Notes: generated by a model not told the origin, from the letters alone. A DNA stretch of 63,959 nucleotides, filler included, from Reclinomonas americana ATCC 50394 (GCA_048213135.1; 9 parts of 2 records of this genome joined end to end with filler, not necessarily neighbours in it); one strand, 5' to 3'. Counted from the first letter of the whole stretch, positions 47,956 through 61,884 are shown. Made by a program: numbers and translations.

Positions 47956-50948
47956 TTATGCAGCAAAGGTCGCCTCAAACTCCTCTTCATCAACCATCCA
48001 CATGCCCAGCTCGAACATGCGGCCGATCTTGCCAATGGCCATGGCTGTCACGTGAACCTGCGCGATGCAGAGCATGCATGAGTTACTTGCATGTCGACAA
48101 CTTGCCGTCTCAGAACAACTCACCACTCCGATAGAGCCTGCTTCGTGGATCCGCGGTGCACTGCCGTCCTTATTGTAGCCGGCTCGCATCATCAGCAATC
48201 CCTGCGCAGTGTTCACTTGCCACAGGTCGAACCAGTCGAAGAGCAGACGCCCCAGCCGCGTGTGATAATCGAGCAGCAGCTGAAGTAGCAGCTGCTCGTT
48301 GTACTCGGACCAGTGTTGATCCAACAGACCGAGCAGATGCGCAACCAATCGCAGCGAGTATGGCGTCGGACGCACACTGAACACACCAACGTTGATGGGA
48401 AGGTAACGCGAATGCTCGGCACACGTCAGCGTCACCTGTCGCACGCGGTGTCTCATGATCAGCACGGAAGATACTACAAGAGTGCGTGAAGGCACACGGC
48501 ACCGACTCACCCACGGCTTTGGCATCAGCGCAGATGACAGTGCAAACTCCCACGGCGACCATCGCCGCTGCGTGGACGGAGTCTCCAACACCGAGGTCAC
48601 ATTCGTCTCGAACAAAAAGTAGTCGTACTGCAGAAGAATGTCGGGTGCGGAGCGATCGTCGGCCTCGCCCATTTGCTGCAGGTGGCGCATGTGGCTCATG
48701 AACAGTGCATCCACATCGGTGTGCATCGGCCGGTATCCGCAGCGCAGAAGCAAATACGTGTACAGCCACTTGAGATTGATGGCCGCACCGGGAAACCGCA
48801 TGGGTACGGCGCCCTTGTCTCGTTGCCTGGGCACAAACGCAGGGGAGAATCAATATCACCAATGCATCTAAACAGGCCACAAACATGCAACGCAGTACCA
48901 GCCATACTCGTCGAGGAACGCCGCAGCAGCGCGCTTCGGACCCAACAGCTGCTGGACCATGTAATACGCGGCCGGCGTCTCGCACACGATGAGCGGCAGT
49001 GCTTCATCGCCGTGGAACTTCCAGAAGTGCAGCAGCCAGTTCTGCAACATGCGCAACCACTCGACACCCGATTCGCGGGTCAGCACAAACACGGTGAAGA
49101 CAACCACTCGATCGCCCGTGTTCTCATCCACGGTCACGGCGAAAGGGTGTGCCTGCAGATGCGCGGCCAGGCGCTGCAGCTGCACCGTGTTCTCCTCGAA
49201 TCGAGAACCACGCGGGAAGAGACTGGAGGGCGCCGGTGCACGGGGATTGCCGATCGCCGCCGCCGCCTCAGCAATCGGTCGCATTTCTGTCAACACACGC
49301 CACAGGTGCTCCTCCAGCTCACGACAAAAGTCAGCCGGCAGCAACTCAACGCGCCGAGCCACCGGGTCTATTGTGGGAAGCGGCGCTCGCGCCACGATAT
49401 TCTGCAGGTCCGGCAGCGGCGGTAGCAGCATGCGTTGACTGCGTTCCACAAAGCCGGGGCCGAGGTACGAACACTCATCGTCGTCTGCAAGTTCAGAGAT
49501 TAGGAAGCGCCTTCTCTACAGCTAGCACCGCCGCACGGAACACACGTACCGGCTCCGGAGGGAGTGAGCAGACACATCATGGTGTGGATTGGGAGTCCGT
49601 TGCCGACCAGCGTGCGTCGGACCAGCTCTCGCCCGTACGCCCACTCGGCGAATAGTGCACGCTGGTACGCATCCTCCGCAGGCGGCGACGATAAGGGCAC
49701 AGATGTGGATTCTGGTCGCTGTGATGGCAGCTGGAACCAACCGGGAGGGCGCTGTGGAGTAGCAACAGAGAGCACATCAGCTTGTGGGTTGCATTGCAAC
49801 GTTGCGAACGCAGCACGAGCCACACGCAACAGCTCTCAAGTACAGCAGACAGTCGCAGACATAGTCACGCGTGTACTGTTGTTGGTAATCGCGCTGCACC
49901 ACACAACACACACACACACGTGAGAGTGAGCATCGGTGGGTGACTTCAATCGAGAGGAGGCAGCAGCAGCAAGACCTCAATGTGCGCCAACCACACTCCG
50001 TACATGATGCTCCTAACATCTTCCGGATCGCTGTATCGGGCCATCACTGCGCAGCATCATGCCAGTCAGTGGAGGAGGATTTCGTGGCACCCCCGGGCCC
50101 AACACCCAGGATTGAACGCACCAATGTCACGCAATGACCGATACTCTGGCTTGATCTCAAGCTCAATGATCTCGTCCGGGAGCGCGCCCCTTCGAATAAG
50201 CTCGCCTTGGACGGTGAGCACACGACTCAGACCACGTACAATCACTCCCGGCAGCGGCGTATCAAAGGCATAGTCGGCATCACCAAGGTCGTACGCACAG
50301 CCGGTTCGCACCACACGCTCACGCTGCACCTCAACGTTGTCACGAACACGATGCGCATCGACGAAACGAAAGAGGCTTTCCGCACACCTCAATGTGCACC
50401 GCGATCTGCTCGAGAAGCTCCGCAGTGACGCCCTCCGCAGCGAACGCCTTGACTGTTGTCGCCACTCAGTTTGCCTCGAGGCACAAGAGGAAAAAAAGAA
50501 GAGGACGCTCACCTGCATCGCCCAACGTCTCATGTGCATCCAGCGAGAGCAACGAGTCGCACTGCAGACCAGACTGCTCGTTGCCTGCATACACACTCCA
50601 CTCGGAATGGCCATCTGCCACCACCACCAGCGGCTCTGCAGTCGCCGCAGTTGACATCAACAGTGGCGCCGACGCATTGTTCCTGTGCGTGCCAGCGGGA
50701 GCACACATGCGCACTGAATGCACACCAGCGCGTCGGTATGGCACCAGACGCACTTGGGCGGCCGACGATGCAAACAGTGGACCGCGCAGAGGCACATAGG
50801 AAATGCGACCGAGGTGAGTCGAGTAGTCGACTTGTGGTGGCGCTGATTCGTTACTTTGTGCGAGTGAGGGAGCGGTGAAGAAGATGAGGAGGAGAGCGAG
50901 GAGAGCGAGGAGAAAAGAGCCGGTTTGCCATGGTCGGCGCATGGGCAT
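47956..50948 (-). CDS. Secretory nucleotide-diphospho-sugar transferase (GT77-like); paralog B
   Basis: Signal/anchor FLLALLALLLIFF; MLQNWLLHFWKFHGD, HTDVDALF, INVGVF, EQLLLQ; collinear with paralog A. Confidence 0.75.
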
Positions 50949-51393
50949 TGATAACAAAATTGCAGCATTCGAGGACGCTGCGAACGTCGGCTGCACTGAG
51001 GGGGCGAGGCGAGTGCAGTGGATGTAGGTATTGGGGGTATCGCCCGCTACGAGATGATACCATTTGTGAAGAGTCTGCAGAGTGCGAGGACGTCGCGTTG
51101 GATGTCTTTCATTGTCGACTGTGGCGTACTACGACGGTCCGAGCATCTTCTCTGGTCGCACCCATTCCTGTAGCACGATGGATTTTCTTTTGCAATGAGG
51201 ATTGGAGACGTCGATCGAGACATGGATGGAAACGAAACATCGAATTGCTCCGCCGTCAGCAGCGACAGTGCGAGACAGGCCTCTTTAAGCGACNNNNNNN
51301 NNNNNNNNNNNNNNNNNNNNNNNNNNNNNNNNNNNNNTTAATTAATTAANNNNNNNNNNNNNNNNNNNNNNNNNNNNNNNNNNNNNNNNNNNN

Positions 51394-53054
51394 ACTACCG
51401 ACGGGGATTGGTGGCGAGCCGGTCTCTAACCGCAGCCATCCGTAATTGTCCATCACCGCGTCTTCTGGCACGCCCGTTGCCGTGGGCGCTGCCGCTGCCG
51501 CTGCCGCGGCCATTGGTGTGACTGTGGTGGTGGTCGCAACAATGTTTGCCATGGCCACGGTAGTAGCGGAAGTGGCAGCAGCTGCAGCAGCAGCAGCGGC
51601 AGCGGCGGCCGCGGCAGCACCGGTCGTGGCCAGCGCGCTCGACAGCAGCGGTGTGGTTTCTGTAGGACCCTGGTGTGCTGACGCCGTGGCTGCCTCTCCC
51701 AATGCCGCAACTACAGCGGCGGCAGCAGCACTGCTGGCTGGTACGACTGCGATGGACGAGGTGGCCTGCGTGGCGGCCGCTGCACTCGAGCCACTGGCCC
51801 CGCGTGTGTTGCGACTGTCCGTGATGCGATGATTCATGCGAATGGCGGCATCCAGAGCTTCGCCTTCGAGGCGCAACATGTCATCCTCCAGCATGGCGCT
51901 GAGACACGAGAGACCATTGGCCGAGCGGAATGCACTCGCAGCCTCGGGTGTCTGCGCCAGCAACACGTCGGCCGCCAACAATGCCGCCTATAAGCACCAC
52001 GACCTGGTCAGGCACCGCCCGCGCAATGCGAGAAGAAACGGGACGGCAAACCTCGAGAACGCGCATATACTGTCGATTCTGCCGCGCAAATTCGTACCAC
52101 CTGCGCAGTGCCCGAATGAAATCGGCAGCACCGACATTGGCGAACTGAATAGCATTCTCCGGACAGCCTGTGGTGACAAGAAAATGCACCCACATGAGAC
52201 CAGCACTCCGAGTTTCGGTACATCAAGACCACGGACCTCGCACAGCGTCGCGAATTGCGCTGCAGGCGGCGACAAACGTCGCAGCGTCGGTCATATGTCG
52301 CACGATGGCGTCACGTACGGCGACGATACCGCGCTCGGCGAGCAGCAACAACTGATTCGGGGCATACATCTGGGTGGCCACGCTGATGGCCCACAAGCAC
52401 TCGCGCACACACTCGGCCGCATCCAAGCGCCTCGAGAGCGCTCTGACCACCGCGGCCAACCCGCCATATTCACCGAAAGTCACGCAGTTCTCTGGCACGT
52501 CTTGCATTGCAAATCGTGCCAGCCACGCCGCCGCACGCACCACATCCTCGTGATCCAGATTGGAGTTGATTACGGGAATGAGCGCTTGCATGCCATCTGC
52601 GCCAAACATGCGTCGATACTGCGGCTCATCTACGCGCACCAGACAGAGACAGCCGTGAGTAGAAAGTAGGGCGGGGATCAATTTAGCTGCGAGGGGCGAA
52701 TCACTGCGACGCAACAAGAGAGGGCACTGCGTGCCGCACGGCAAGCTTTTTGCATTGCTTCTCGCTTGCCGGGCAGCGCCTGCATGGCCTTGATTAGCGC
52801 CAACATACCACCGTTGGAGGAGAACTCGGTTTTGTTGAGTTTGTCGCCCGAGGTGGCGTTGAGGACAGCCGAACATGCTGCTCGAACAATGTGATCGTCA
52901 TGACAGTAGCGGTCAATTACTGGAATCAGGCGCTGCAGTCCACCGACAATGCCAAACACGCGTCCATTCGCTTGATTATCTGCTCACACACGCGCATAGA
53001 GATGAGCAGCGCCACTTCATGAACACACTCGGTTGCTCATGTCATGAGGCACAC
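51394..53054 (-). CDS. Armadillo-repeat protein, internal fragment
   Basis: Repeats FGIVGGLQRLIPVI..VRAACSAVLN, NGGMLALIKAM, ADGMQALIPVI, YGGLAAVVRAL, ANGLSCLSAML. Confidence 0.8.
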
Positions 53055-53788
53055 NNNNNNNNNNNNNNNNNNNNNNNNNNNNNNNNNNNNNNNNNNNNTT
53101 AATTAATTAANNNNNNNNNNNNNNNNNNNNNNNNNNNNNNNNNNNNNNNNNNNNCACACACATGCACAGACAGAGGAAGATAGAAGAGAGTCTGTTTGTG
53201 AGTGCGCGCGTTGTCAGACCTCGGTCCACAGTTCCACCGGCAACAGTGACAACAGTGTGCGGTGTTGCACAGCTCCACCTCCACTTCGACTTGCACTTCC
53301 TTCTCCACCACTACCACCACCAGCAGCGCCATCATCACATCCATCACCACCGCCATCAGCAAGAGCAAAGGGAGCGACCGAAGTCGAGATGGTGGTGGTG
53401 GTCGACAAGGAATCCATTTTCCCTCCCTTTTCCATGCGTATTACGCCGCCAGTGATCACCCGCTGACACTCAGCCTGTGCACACAATGGTACACGATGTC
53501 AAAAGAGCACGCGCCAATAACACACTCTCGCCATAAAGAGAAGCAACCTCTCGGATTCTCCGTGACTGAGTGAGCAAACAACACGCGCACGCGGACACAC
53601 ACACACAGACACACACAGACACAGAGAAGAACTCAGTGCGTCCGCACACACACTCGCACTTGCACTCTCTCTCTCTCTCTCTCTCACGCACAAGCGCAAG
53701 TCTCCCGCTTTCTCACCGAAAACGCGTTGTGTTTGTGTTGACAATGATGCACACCGCGAGCACACTGCACACTCTTCGTATCGCACCC

Positions 53789-56700
53789 ATGCGCTGCGCC
53801 TTGCTCCTCGCAGTGCTGCTCATATGCATCACTGCGGTAGCAGCAGCAGCAACGACGACTCCGCTCTCTATGCAGCGACGACATGAAGCAATGAGTCGAC
53901 GCGCAGAGTATAGCAGCAGCAGTGTGGATGATGATTATGAAAGTGACTCGGGGAGAGTGCATGGCACTGCGAGTGTGATGAACTTCCAGCCGCAGGTGTT
54001 GCCCATGAAGGCCACTGGAGGCAACTCGTGGAGTGTCACGATCATTGGCACGGGGTGAGCTGCCGTGTGCACTCTTCTCATTATTTCTCCTCGGAGTGTG
54101 TCATCATCTGCGTGTGTACATGAAGGCTGCTGGTTGGCGACTCGATCAAGGTGGTGAATGTGACGGCGTCTTGTGCGGCGGCGGAGGCTGCGGGGACGAT
54201 GGTGGTGCCGGGTGCGGTGAATGCAAACGCCACGCAGCATGTGTTTCAGTTTTCAGGCGCGCCTCCTGCGCAGGTTTGGTCGTCTCTGTGGTGGGAAAAC
54301 GGTCGTTCGCGCCTCTCTCAGCGTGCATTCTCCGGTGCAGATGTATCATGTGTGCTACCAGTTTGACAAGACCACGACGTGGGTGCTGGTGTCAAATATT
54401 CCGCTAGAGACACAGGTGTGGCGTTGGACAAGTACTGTGTGCGTGTACTGGTTTCTTGACCGTCGATGTGCTCCAGGGAACGGTGTCCGTGTCGCCATCG
54501 ATCATCATCACCAGCGAGTGGCAGTACTTGACGGTGAAGGGAAACGGGTTCACCACCACCGACACATTCAAGTTTATCTCGGCCAATCCCGAGACCGACT
54601 GCACGAGCGATGCGAGTGGTGCGTGCGTACTCTCTATGTGTATGCGACGGTGGCAGTGTGTTGTAGCATGATATATGACACAAGCCTGGTCTCTTCTTTC
54701 ACACAGCCGATATCACCGTCAATCTGCAGGAGGTCAAGTCACCGCGAGAGATTATTCTCACTGTGGAGGCCACGGTTGCCGCCAAGCAGTACAAGGTAAC
54801 TCGGCGTCTCGTTGTTGTTCGCTCTCCGTGCGAGTGCCTCCGTTCCTGAACGACTGATGCAGATGTGCATTGTGTGGACGCAAGACATCACGAAGTGGTA
54901 TCCCGTGCAGCAGAGCACGATTCAAGTGCTGGGTTGCGTACACCGCTGCTGCCCTTCGAGCTCGCCAAGTTTACCGACCTGTTCTCCATCGGCACAGGCG
55001 AGATCGTGTCGATGTTCTATCCGCGCACTCTTGCGGTGAATGTGGCCTCGCAAATGACCATCCTGGGTCAGAAACTGTCGCCCATGACCAATCCCATTCG
55101 AGTCATTGATCCATCCAAGGGCAACTGCGAGGTGGCTAATCCCACGGCCGAGCCGTCTGTCACTCTCGGTGCTCGTTGCGTAGCATTTAACGAGTTACAC
55201 CTGTGCGACGACGTTGTCAATCTTGTCTGCGTTTCCACGCAGTGAGTGCCACGACCGGCGGTATCACCGCCTCGCTCACCCCGAGCAAGCCCATGTCCAT
55301 TCAAGTTTGCATCCAGTGCGTTCGTTTCTGCCAGCCTCCCTCGTCGTACATGGCATTCACCTCGGCCGTTGCAGGTACACTGGCGTGCCCACGTGGGAGG
55401 CTCTCGATACGTACGCCGACACGCCCGGAGACGATGTGACCGTAGTCGGTGCGGTATTCGCTGCTTGGGTCTCATCCCGTTGCTCTGACGTGACACTCAC
55501 TGCATGTGTTGCAGCCACCATCAACCCGTCAACAAATTCCACCACGCCGACCATCGTGCAGCGCTGGGCGAACACTGACATGGCCATCTACGGCACACAG
55601 CTTCTCGGTGCGTACGTGTTCACTGGCATTATGCGATCGCGCATCCTCTGACTTTTGCGCGTGCAGCAATGCAAGATCTTCGCGCGGTGGCGAGCTCGGT
55701 GAACTGCGCCATGACTCCGGATCCGACACCTGTCGCTGACGTGTCGTGTTGCACGGATTCGATAGACGTGGAAGACAAGCAGATTACCTTCCGCCTGACT
55801 GTCACGGCTGCCCTCATGGTTAGAGAGTGGGGGAAAGGGGGAGAGTGGGAGAAACGGGGAGAGTGGGGGAAAGGGGCAGAGTGAGGAATTGGAATGCATG
55901 TTGCCTATCGAGCGAGAGAAAGAGAGAGAGAGAGAGAGTGAAGCAGTGATGTATGTGTGTGAGAGAGAAAAGCAGTGACATTCTCTTTTCCTTCTTCTTC
56001 CTTCCTTTTCCTCCTCCCGCTCCTTGCGGTGCGACTCACACATCAGTTGCAGGACTTGCGTCTGTGCATCAAATACTCGGGCCAGGCCAATTGGAGTGCC
56101 GTTGCTGGAGCTCACATTTTTGTCAATTGTGCGGCCTCGATCTTGATTGATGGTGTGTATACGTGATGTGCTCACACAGCATGTGGGTGCGCGTACAGCT
56201 CCATCTGTCACCGACTTTGCCCCGCACACGATCGATCAGAAGGCACCGGCTACACTCACCATTACTGTTGCGTACCTTGCTTGCAAGTTCGGTGGGTTCC
56301 ACAGTCGCAATACTCATCGACTTCACTCCTTTGCAGGGTGTCAACTTTATGCCTTCAGGTCAAGTCGTCAGCGCAGTGAAGCCCGGTCAGGCGTGCTCAG
56401 CCACCAATGCCGATGGTATCTTGTTCGGTGTTCCCAGGAGCGCCGACCCGCCTGGCCAGCGGTTGCTTGTCGACGTGCTGGCCACAGCTGCTCCGGGAAC
56501 CACGTTCCAGCTGTGTATCAGGTGAGTGCATGTGCCGTGCCGCCCCATCTGCAACGGCGGTAGCTCACGTTTTCCTTGTGGAAAGATATGCACTGGCACC
56601 CAATTTTGCACCCTTGTCGACCACGCTGCTGCAGATTGCAGGTGTGTAATCACTTCTTGCATTCGTGTCTCATGTTCATATCGCTCATCGCTGAATAACG

Positions 56701-59349
56701 GCAGCACATGCGACGACGGGCATCAACCCCGCATTCGGGCCGGTCAACACGGCCACCGTGGTGTCGGTGTTGGGCTCCGGTCTCACCGGCGCCGTGCTGT
56801 CGGCTGTGAGTGCCACCAACAGCACGTGCGTCACCGCCAACCCTGTTGTACCGGTACGATCAGACGTGCCCTCCCTCCGTAGCATGTTCTTGTTGTTGCC
56901 AATCCGTGCATTGACAGGAGGGCGTCACTTTGACTGCATTGACACCGGTCTCCGACTCTCAAGTGGACGTCACTGTGCAGAGCACTGTGGCCACCAGCAT
57001 CCAGCTGTGCATTCGTATGGCCGGTGCCACCAACTATGCAGCTGTGACAGGTGGCGTGTTTGCGTTCCCCGAGGCTGTGACGTACAACGTCAGTCCGCCC
57101 GAGATCGGCGTCGGCGACACGTACACCATGAGTGTGTTTGGCAACATGTTCAGTCCGGCCAACACCATCACGGTGGTTGGTTATTACGCCACATGTAGCC
57201 CGCCAGTGACACCGGTGAGGCGCGCGTGAGGCGTACAAACTTGTTTTCGCGCAATGAGGCTGAGCTGTTTTTCCGGCAGAACACGATTGTTGTCTCCAAC
57301 TTCAAGTTTGTCACCTCGTCGCTTCTCAAGCTCGACGTGGTCGCCGACGCAACCGGTCCGTTCAAGTTCTGCATCAAGCTGTCGACTGGGTGCGTCGGCA
57401 CCGCTGCGCTGCATCATTCGCTCGTGTATGTGGCAGTGCTGACGCTCCTCGCAGCATCTTTACCGAGGTGTCGAATGGCAAGTTCGTGGTCGACATTCCG
57501 TCTCAAACGGCGCCAGCCTTTCCGCTCCATCTCGGGTGCGTTGATGTGGCTGTAGTGGTGTCTTGCCGAGGGTTTCCGTGATGTGACAGGTGGGATGTGG
57601 GAGTGCAGTGTTAACGCACCGACGACGGTCACCGTGTACGGCAAGAATCTGGTGCAATTGGACTCGGAGATGCGTGCATTGCCACAGGGCGCTCTGTGCG
57701 ATGGGCACGATAATCCCACCGCCGATCCCAGTGTCACCGTTTCCACGCTGGTGTTGAGTCAAACTGGTGCCATGTTTACGGCCACTGTCACGGCCGCCAA
57801 GGTGGACTCGTTTGTGCTGTGTGTCCGCTTGGCTCCACTCTTTGTGTGGGCCACTGTTATGGGGTCACCGGTGCGTCGCCAGTCGTTGACTTTTGAGTGT
57901 AGCATCTTTGCTTCTCACGATTGGGTGTGTCGTAGCTGGTGGTGGAGACGCCCGCTGTCAGCAACATTGTGGCGATACCGATGGCCACTGGCATTCCGAA
58001 CTACGTGACGATTGCCGGCGCCGGACTTAGTGCCGTGTCGCAGTTCGTTGTCGTCGATCTGGCGACACGCGCCACGCATGCAGCCGCAGCACCATCGGTG
58101 TGCGACAACCCAGTGCAGACCGGCAAGGTGGAGGTGCTCAGCAAGTCATTACTGCCGACGTACGAGCTGGTGATGAGTCTCGTGCCCAGCGTGGTACGTC
58201 GTCGCCTCAGTCACTTGCGCTGGTGTTTGTTGGCGTTTCCCTCATTTCTTCCTGTTGTACCGCGTGACCCAGTCTGGCACATTTGCCATGTGCATCCGGT
58301 TCAGCGGTGGCTCGCCCATGGCAACCGAGCTCCCGGGCACCATTTCTTCGCTCGGTTTGTTTCCCCTCTTTTTCTTCAAGAATTACTATGCCTGGTGCTC
58401 ACCGCCCTCGCAGTGCCGAGTGTGGCGTCGTTCAATCCGGCAATCACCTTTAGCTCACCGTCGTTTGGCCACTTGTTCACCATTGTTGGTCAGGCGCTGC
58501 GTGCCAGCAACCGCCTGGTGGTGGTGAATTCGTCGTCGGACTGCTCGTTGCCGTCGTTTGCTCCCGGTGTCTCCATCAAGACGTCACCCGTAATCAACGG
58601 CGACGGCTCCATGATGTCCTTCCCGCTGGTGGTGTCGCTGCCGGGTACCTACCAAGTGTGCACCCTGCTCGGTGCCGACACCAAGTGGACCATGGTGCCT
58701 GGTGGCCCACTTGCGGTCTCTCGTTGCGTCGCGCGCCTGCTCATCGGTCTTCATCCTCCTCCTCCTCCACGCATGAGCTGACAGAAGGCACTGGCAAACA
58801 GCGCTGGCGGTCAACGATTTCATGCCCAAGGCGATTGATGCGGGCACCACCACGGCGATCACCCTCTCGGGTTCAGGGCTGAAGGCCTCAGATGCCGTCC
58901 GCGTCATCTCCTGGTCCAATGCCTGCGTCGGCACGAGCATTTCGAATGCAGGTGGCGTCACCGTCGGCACCCAGGGTGAGTGGCGCGACTGGAGTGCGCG
59001 TTTTCCTTGTCTCTGTCCTGTTCGCGTCTCTCAACGCTGCGCACTTGCAGTGGTTGCACGCGACGGCTTGACGGAGACCGTGCAGATCACCGCCACCAAT
59101 GTCGGCGTGTATCGCATCTGCCAGCGCAACGAGGAGCTGTCCGAGTTCGGCACCGTCCTGGGCGGGCAGCTCGAGGTGCAGCCGCCACCAGGCGCGCTGA
59201 GCGGCACCAAACTCGGTCTCCTCATCGGCTTCACCGTCGGTGGCGTACTCCTCGTCGCCATTGTCGTGGTGGTATTGATTGTGCGTGCACGCCGACGCCG
59301 ACGCCTCGCGTTGAGCAGCACCGACATGGGCGACTACGCCAACTTGTGA
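53789..59349 (+). CDS. Large type-I membrane protein with ~10 or more IPT/Ig-like beta repeats, each carrying two Cys
   Basis: Signal peptide MRCALLLAVLLICITAVAA; repeats of P...TI.G.(N/G)(F/L)...C...(Y/F)xxC; TM LGLLIGFTVGGVLLVAIVVVVLIV-RARRRRR; tail GDYANL; about 20 short introns. Confidence 0.75.
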
Positions 59350-59451
59350 CACACCGTTATAACGAGAAGCGTAGTAGATACAATAAAGGGCATAGACAAC
59401 AGAGAGAGAACGAGAAGAGTAGAAATCTCCATGGGCATTGCACATGGAAGG

Positions 59452-60286
59452 TCAACTTGCCGGCGAAACTGCATCTGCGGGAGAGGGTTCTGATGGTGGC
59501 GGAATCCCCGACTCCACCACAGTCGCCGTGACAGCAGTGGTCACCGGTGCAGAGATGACTGTCGTCGTCGCCGCCACTACTGGTACTGCCTGCACGTGAA
59601 CAGGCTGGTGTGCTGCCACTGGTGGTGGCAGCGGTGGTGGCAGGTGCGCTGCCGCACCAAACAGACTCGCATACGCTGGCATGCCCGCGATCAGTCCAAG
59701 CATTGGCGAACTGCCACCACACAAGGAGTGAGCTCTTTCATCATCATCTCTCTCCATACTTTCTTCACATCGCACCTCATATAGGATGACAGTGACATGG
59801 CATGTGATGGCGAAGGCGAGGTCGGTGATGGCGCGACTCCTCCATTGGCCTTGGCTGCCTCTCTGCGCGCGCGTGTGTGTGTAAGTGTGACATGGACGCT
59901 CTCTCTCTCCACACACACACTCTCTCTCTCGCAGGGCGCACGCAACTCTCTGAAGATGACCACCAGCTGCTCGACAATGTCGCGAGTCTGAGAATGTGTG
60001 TGTGTTGGGTGAGTGTCAGTGATGCGTCAGCACTGGGAGTGTGTGAGTCAGGTCCAAGATGACAGTGCGGTGTGTCACTACTCACCGGCATGTTGCCCTT
60101 CAGCCCGCGACTCTTGCCCAACCTGCACACATAGAGGGAGACAAGGAGAGGAAGAGGAAGGAGGGCGTTAGTCCTCTCTCTCTCTTGCTTCTCACTTGCG
60201 CGCGCACACTCTTACTTTTGCAGGTCGCGGCGACTGAGTGCCGCCAGCTCCGGCCGTGTGTACACCTTGTCAGTGTCGACACCCAT
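59452..60286 (-). CDS. Small hypothetical protein with a SAP/HeH-like N-terminal helix pair
   Basis: MGVDTDKVYTRPELAALSRRDLQK|LGKSRGLKGNMP; downstream exon structure uncertain. Confidence 0.35.
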
Positions 60287-60433
60287 GCGCAAAGACGACG
60301 AGAGGGGTTGATTTGTGAAGAACTGTGCTTCCCGCGCGACACGAGGCAAACCCCTTCCAACTCTTTCATTTCTCCACTGTGCGCGCGCCCCCGTTAGACA
60401 AGTGGGGGGCGTCAGCCTCAAGCAGATCGCAAC

Positions 60434-61034
60434 TTACTCATCATCGCCACCCTTGCCCTTCTTCTTCGGCAGCAGCGAGCCGTGAATGTGCGGAATAACG
60501 CCACCCTGTGCAATGGTGACGTTCTTCAGCAGCTTGTTGAGCTCCTCGTCGTTGCGGACGGCCAGCTGAATGTGACGCGGCACAATGCGCGACTTTTTGT
60601 TGTCGCGAGCGGCGTTGCCGGCGAGCTCGAGGATTTCGGCGGCGAGGTATTCGAGCACCGCAGCCAGGTACACGGGCGCACCGGCGCCAACGCGCTCGGC
60701 GTAGTTGCCCGACTTGAGGAAGCGAGCCAGACGACCGACAGGGAACTGCAGGCCGGCACGCGCCGAACGTGACACGGCACGCGACTTGTGCTTGGGCGCC
60801 GAGGAACCAGAGGAGGAACCCTTGCTCGCCGGCATGCTCTTGGAGGCCACCTATGCATGCACTGTAAGCAGGCCGCGCATGCCACAAGACGATACAACAA
60901 AGGGGAAGCGCGTTAATGACCTTGGGAGCCGGTGCAGGGCGCTTGCCACCCTTGTGATCGGCAAACCAGCCACTCATCTGCTGCATCTGCTTCTCCAGCT
61001 CGTTGTACTTTTTCGCCATGGTCTCGAGGAACTC
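60434..61034 (-). CDS. H2A: Histone H2A, probably with a spliced N-terminal extension running to the contig edge
   Basis: [73 protein letters not shown] intron 60920-60851. Confidence 0.95.
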
Positions 61035-61323
61035 NNNNNNNNNNNNNNNNNNNNNNNNNNNNNNNNNNNNNNNNNNNNTTAATTAATTAANNNNNNNNNN
61101 NNNNNNNNNNNNNNNNNNNNNNNNNNNNNNNNNNAAGAGAGGGGAAAGGGGAAAAGGGGAGGAGAGAGAGAGAGAGGTGAGAAGAGCAATGAGCAGGAAG
61201 CGAGAAGGGTGAGAAGGAGAAGGAACGAGGAATCACTCGTAGCACTTGAGGTGAGGCAGGAAGAGAGGGAGTGAGAGGGAGAGGGAGGGAGGGGAGACAG
61301 AGAACACCCTGCATGCACTCACA

Positions 61324-61884
61324 GTGTGCTTGCTGGTGCCCGTGGGTGTGATCAGATCGACACCATAGTCGGTGGGCGGTGCATTGCCTTGGTTCACCGG
61401 CAGCGTCCAGTTCACCCAGATTTCAGTCTGTCCACCGGTGGCACTGGATGTGTCGAGGCCTTTGCAACACACACAGAGAGAGTGTGCGTGAGAGAGAGAG
61501 AGAGAGCACAGAATGTCCAATGTAAGTTACTCCGATTGCGCAACTGTTCTCGCCGACTGCCTTGATGATCTGGAACTGCTCTGGCTCACTGGAGCTGCCA
61601 GGTGCAAAGACTACAGACTGACCATTGACGACTGTGTGCGTGCGTGTCAGTGCGAGAGAGTGAGAATGAGCGAGTGAGTGAGTGCGTCTCACCACTGATG
61701 ATACACAAGCAGACGAGCAGAGCCACTGGCAGCGATTGAGTGATTGTGTGCTGCTGCTGCCTCCTCCCTCTCCTTCGCCTTTTGTGGTGAAGGTGGAGCG
61801 GGGGAGACGCGGTTGCTCTCATCAGGTGGAGGTTGTGATGCAGGACATGATATCGGACAAACGAGGAACGAAGCTCATCTCCAT
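61324..61884 (-). CDS. Secreted or membrane protein with a fibronectin type-III-like domain; 3' truncated
   Basis: Hydrophobic LPVALLVCLCIIS; IWVNWTLPVNQGNAPPTDYGV resembles the FN3 W..P...G....Y pattern. Confidence 0.5.

Noticed and set aside
55822..55885. About 3 copies of an 18-nt G-rich repeat (GAGTGGGGGAAAGGGGGA-like)
   Set aside because: Intronic minisatellite; G-quadruplex potential alone is not evidence of function
60434..60835. Global reassignment of CGN or CCN codons suggested by the odd tRNAs
   Set aside because: Conserved Arg and Pro positions in H2A, UGGT and CysRS are encoded by CGN and CCN under the standard code, so no wholesale reassignment is visible
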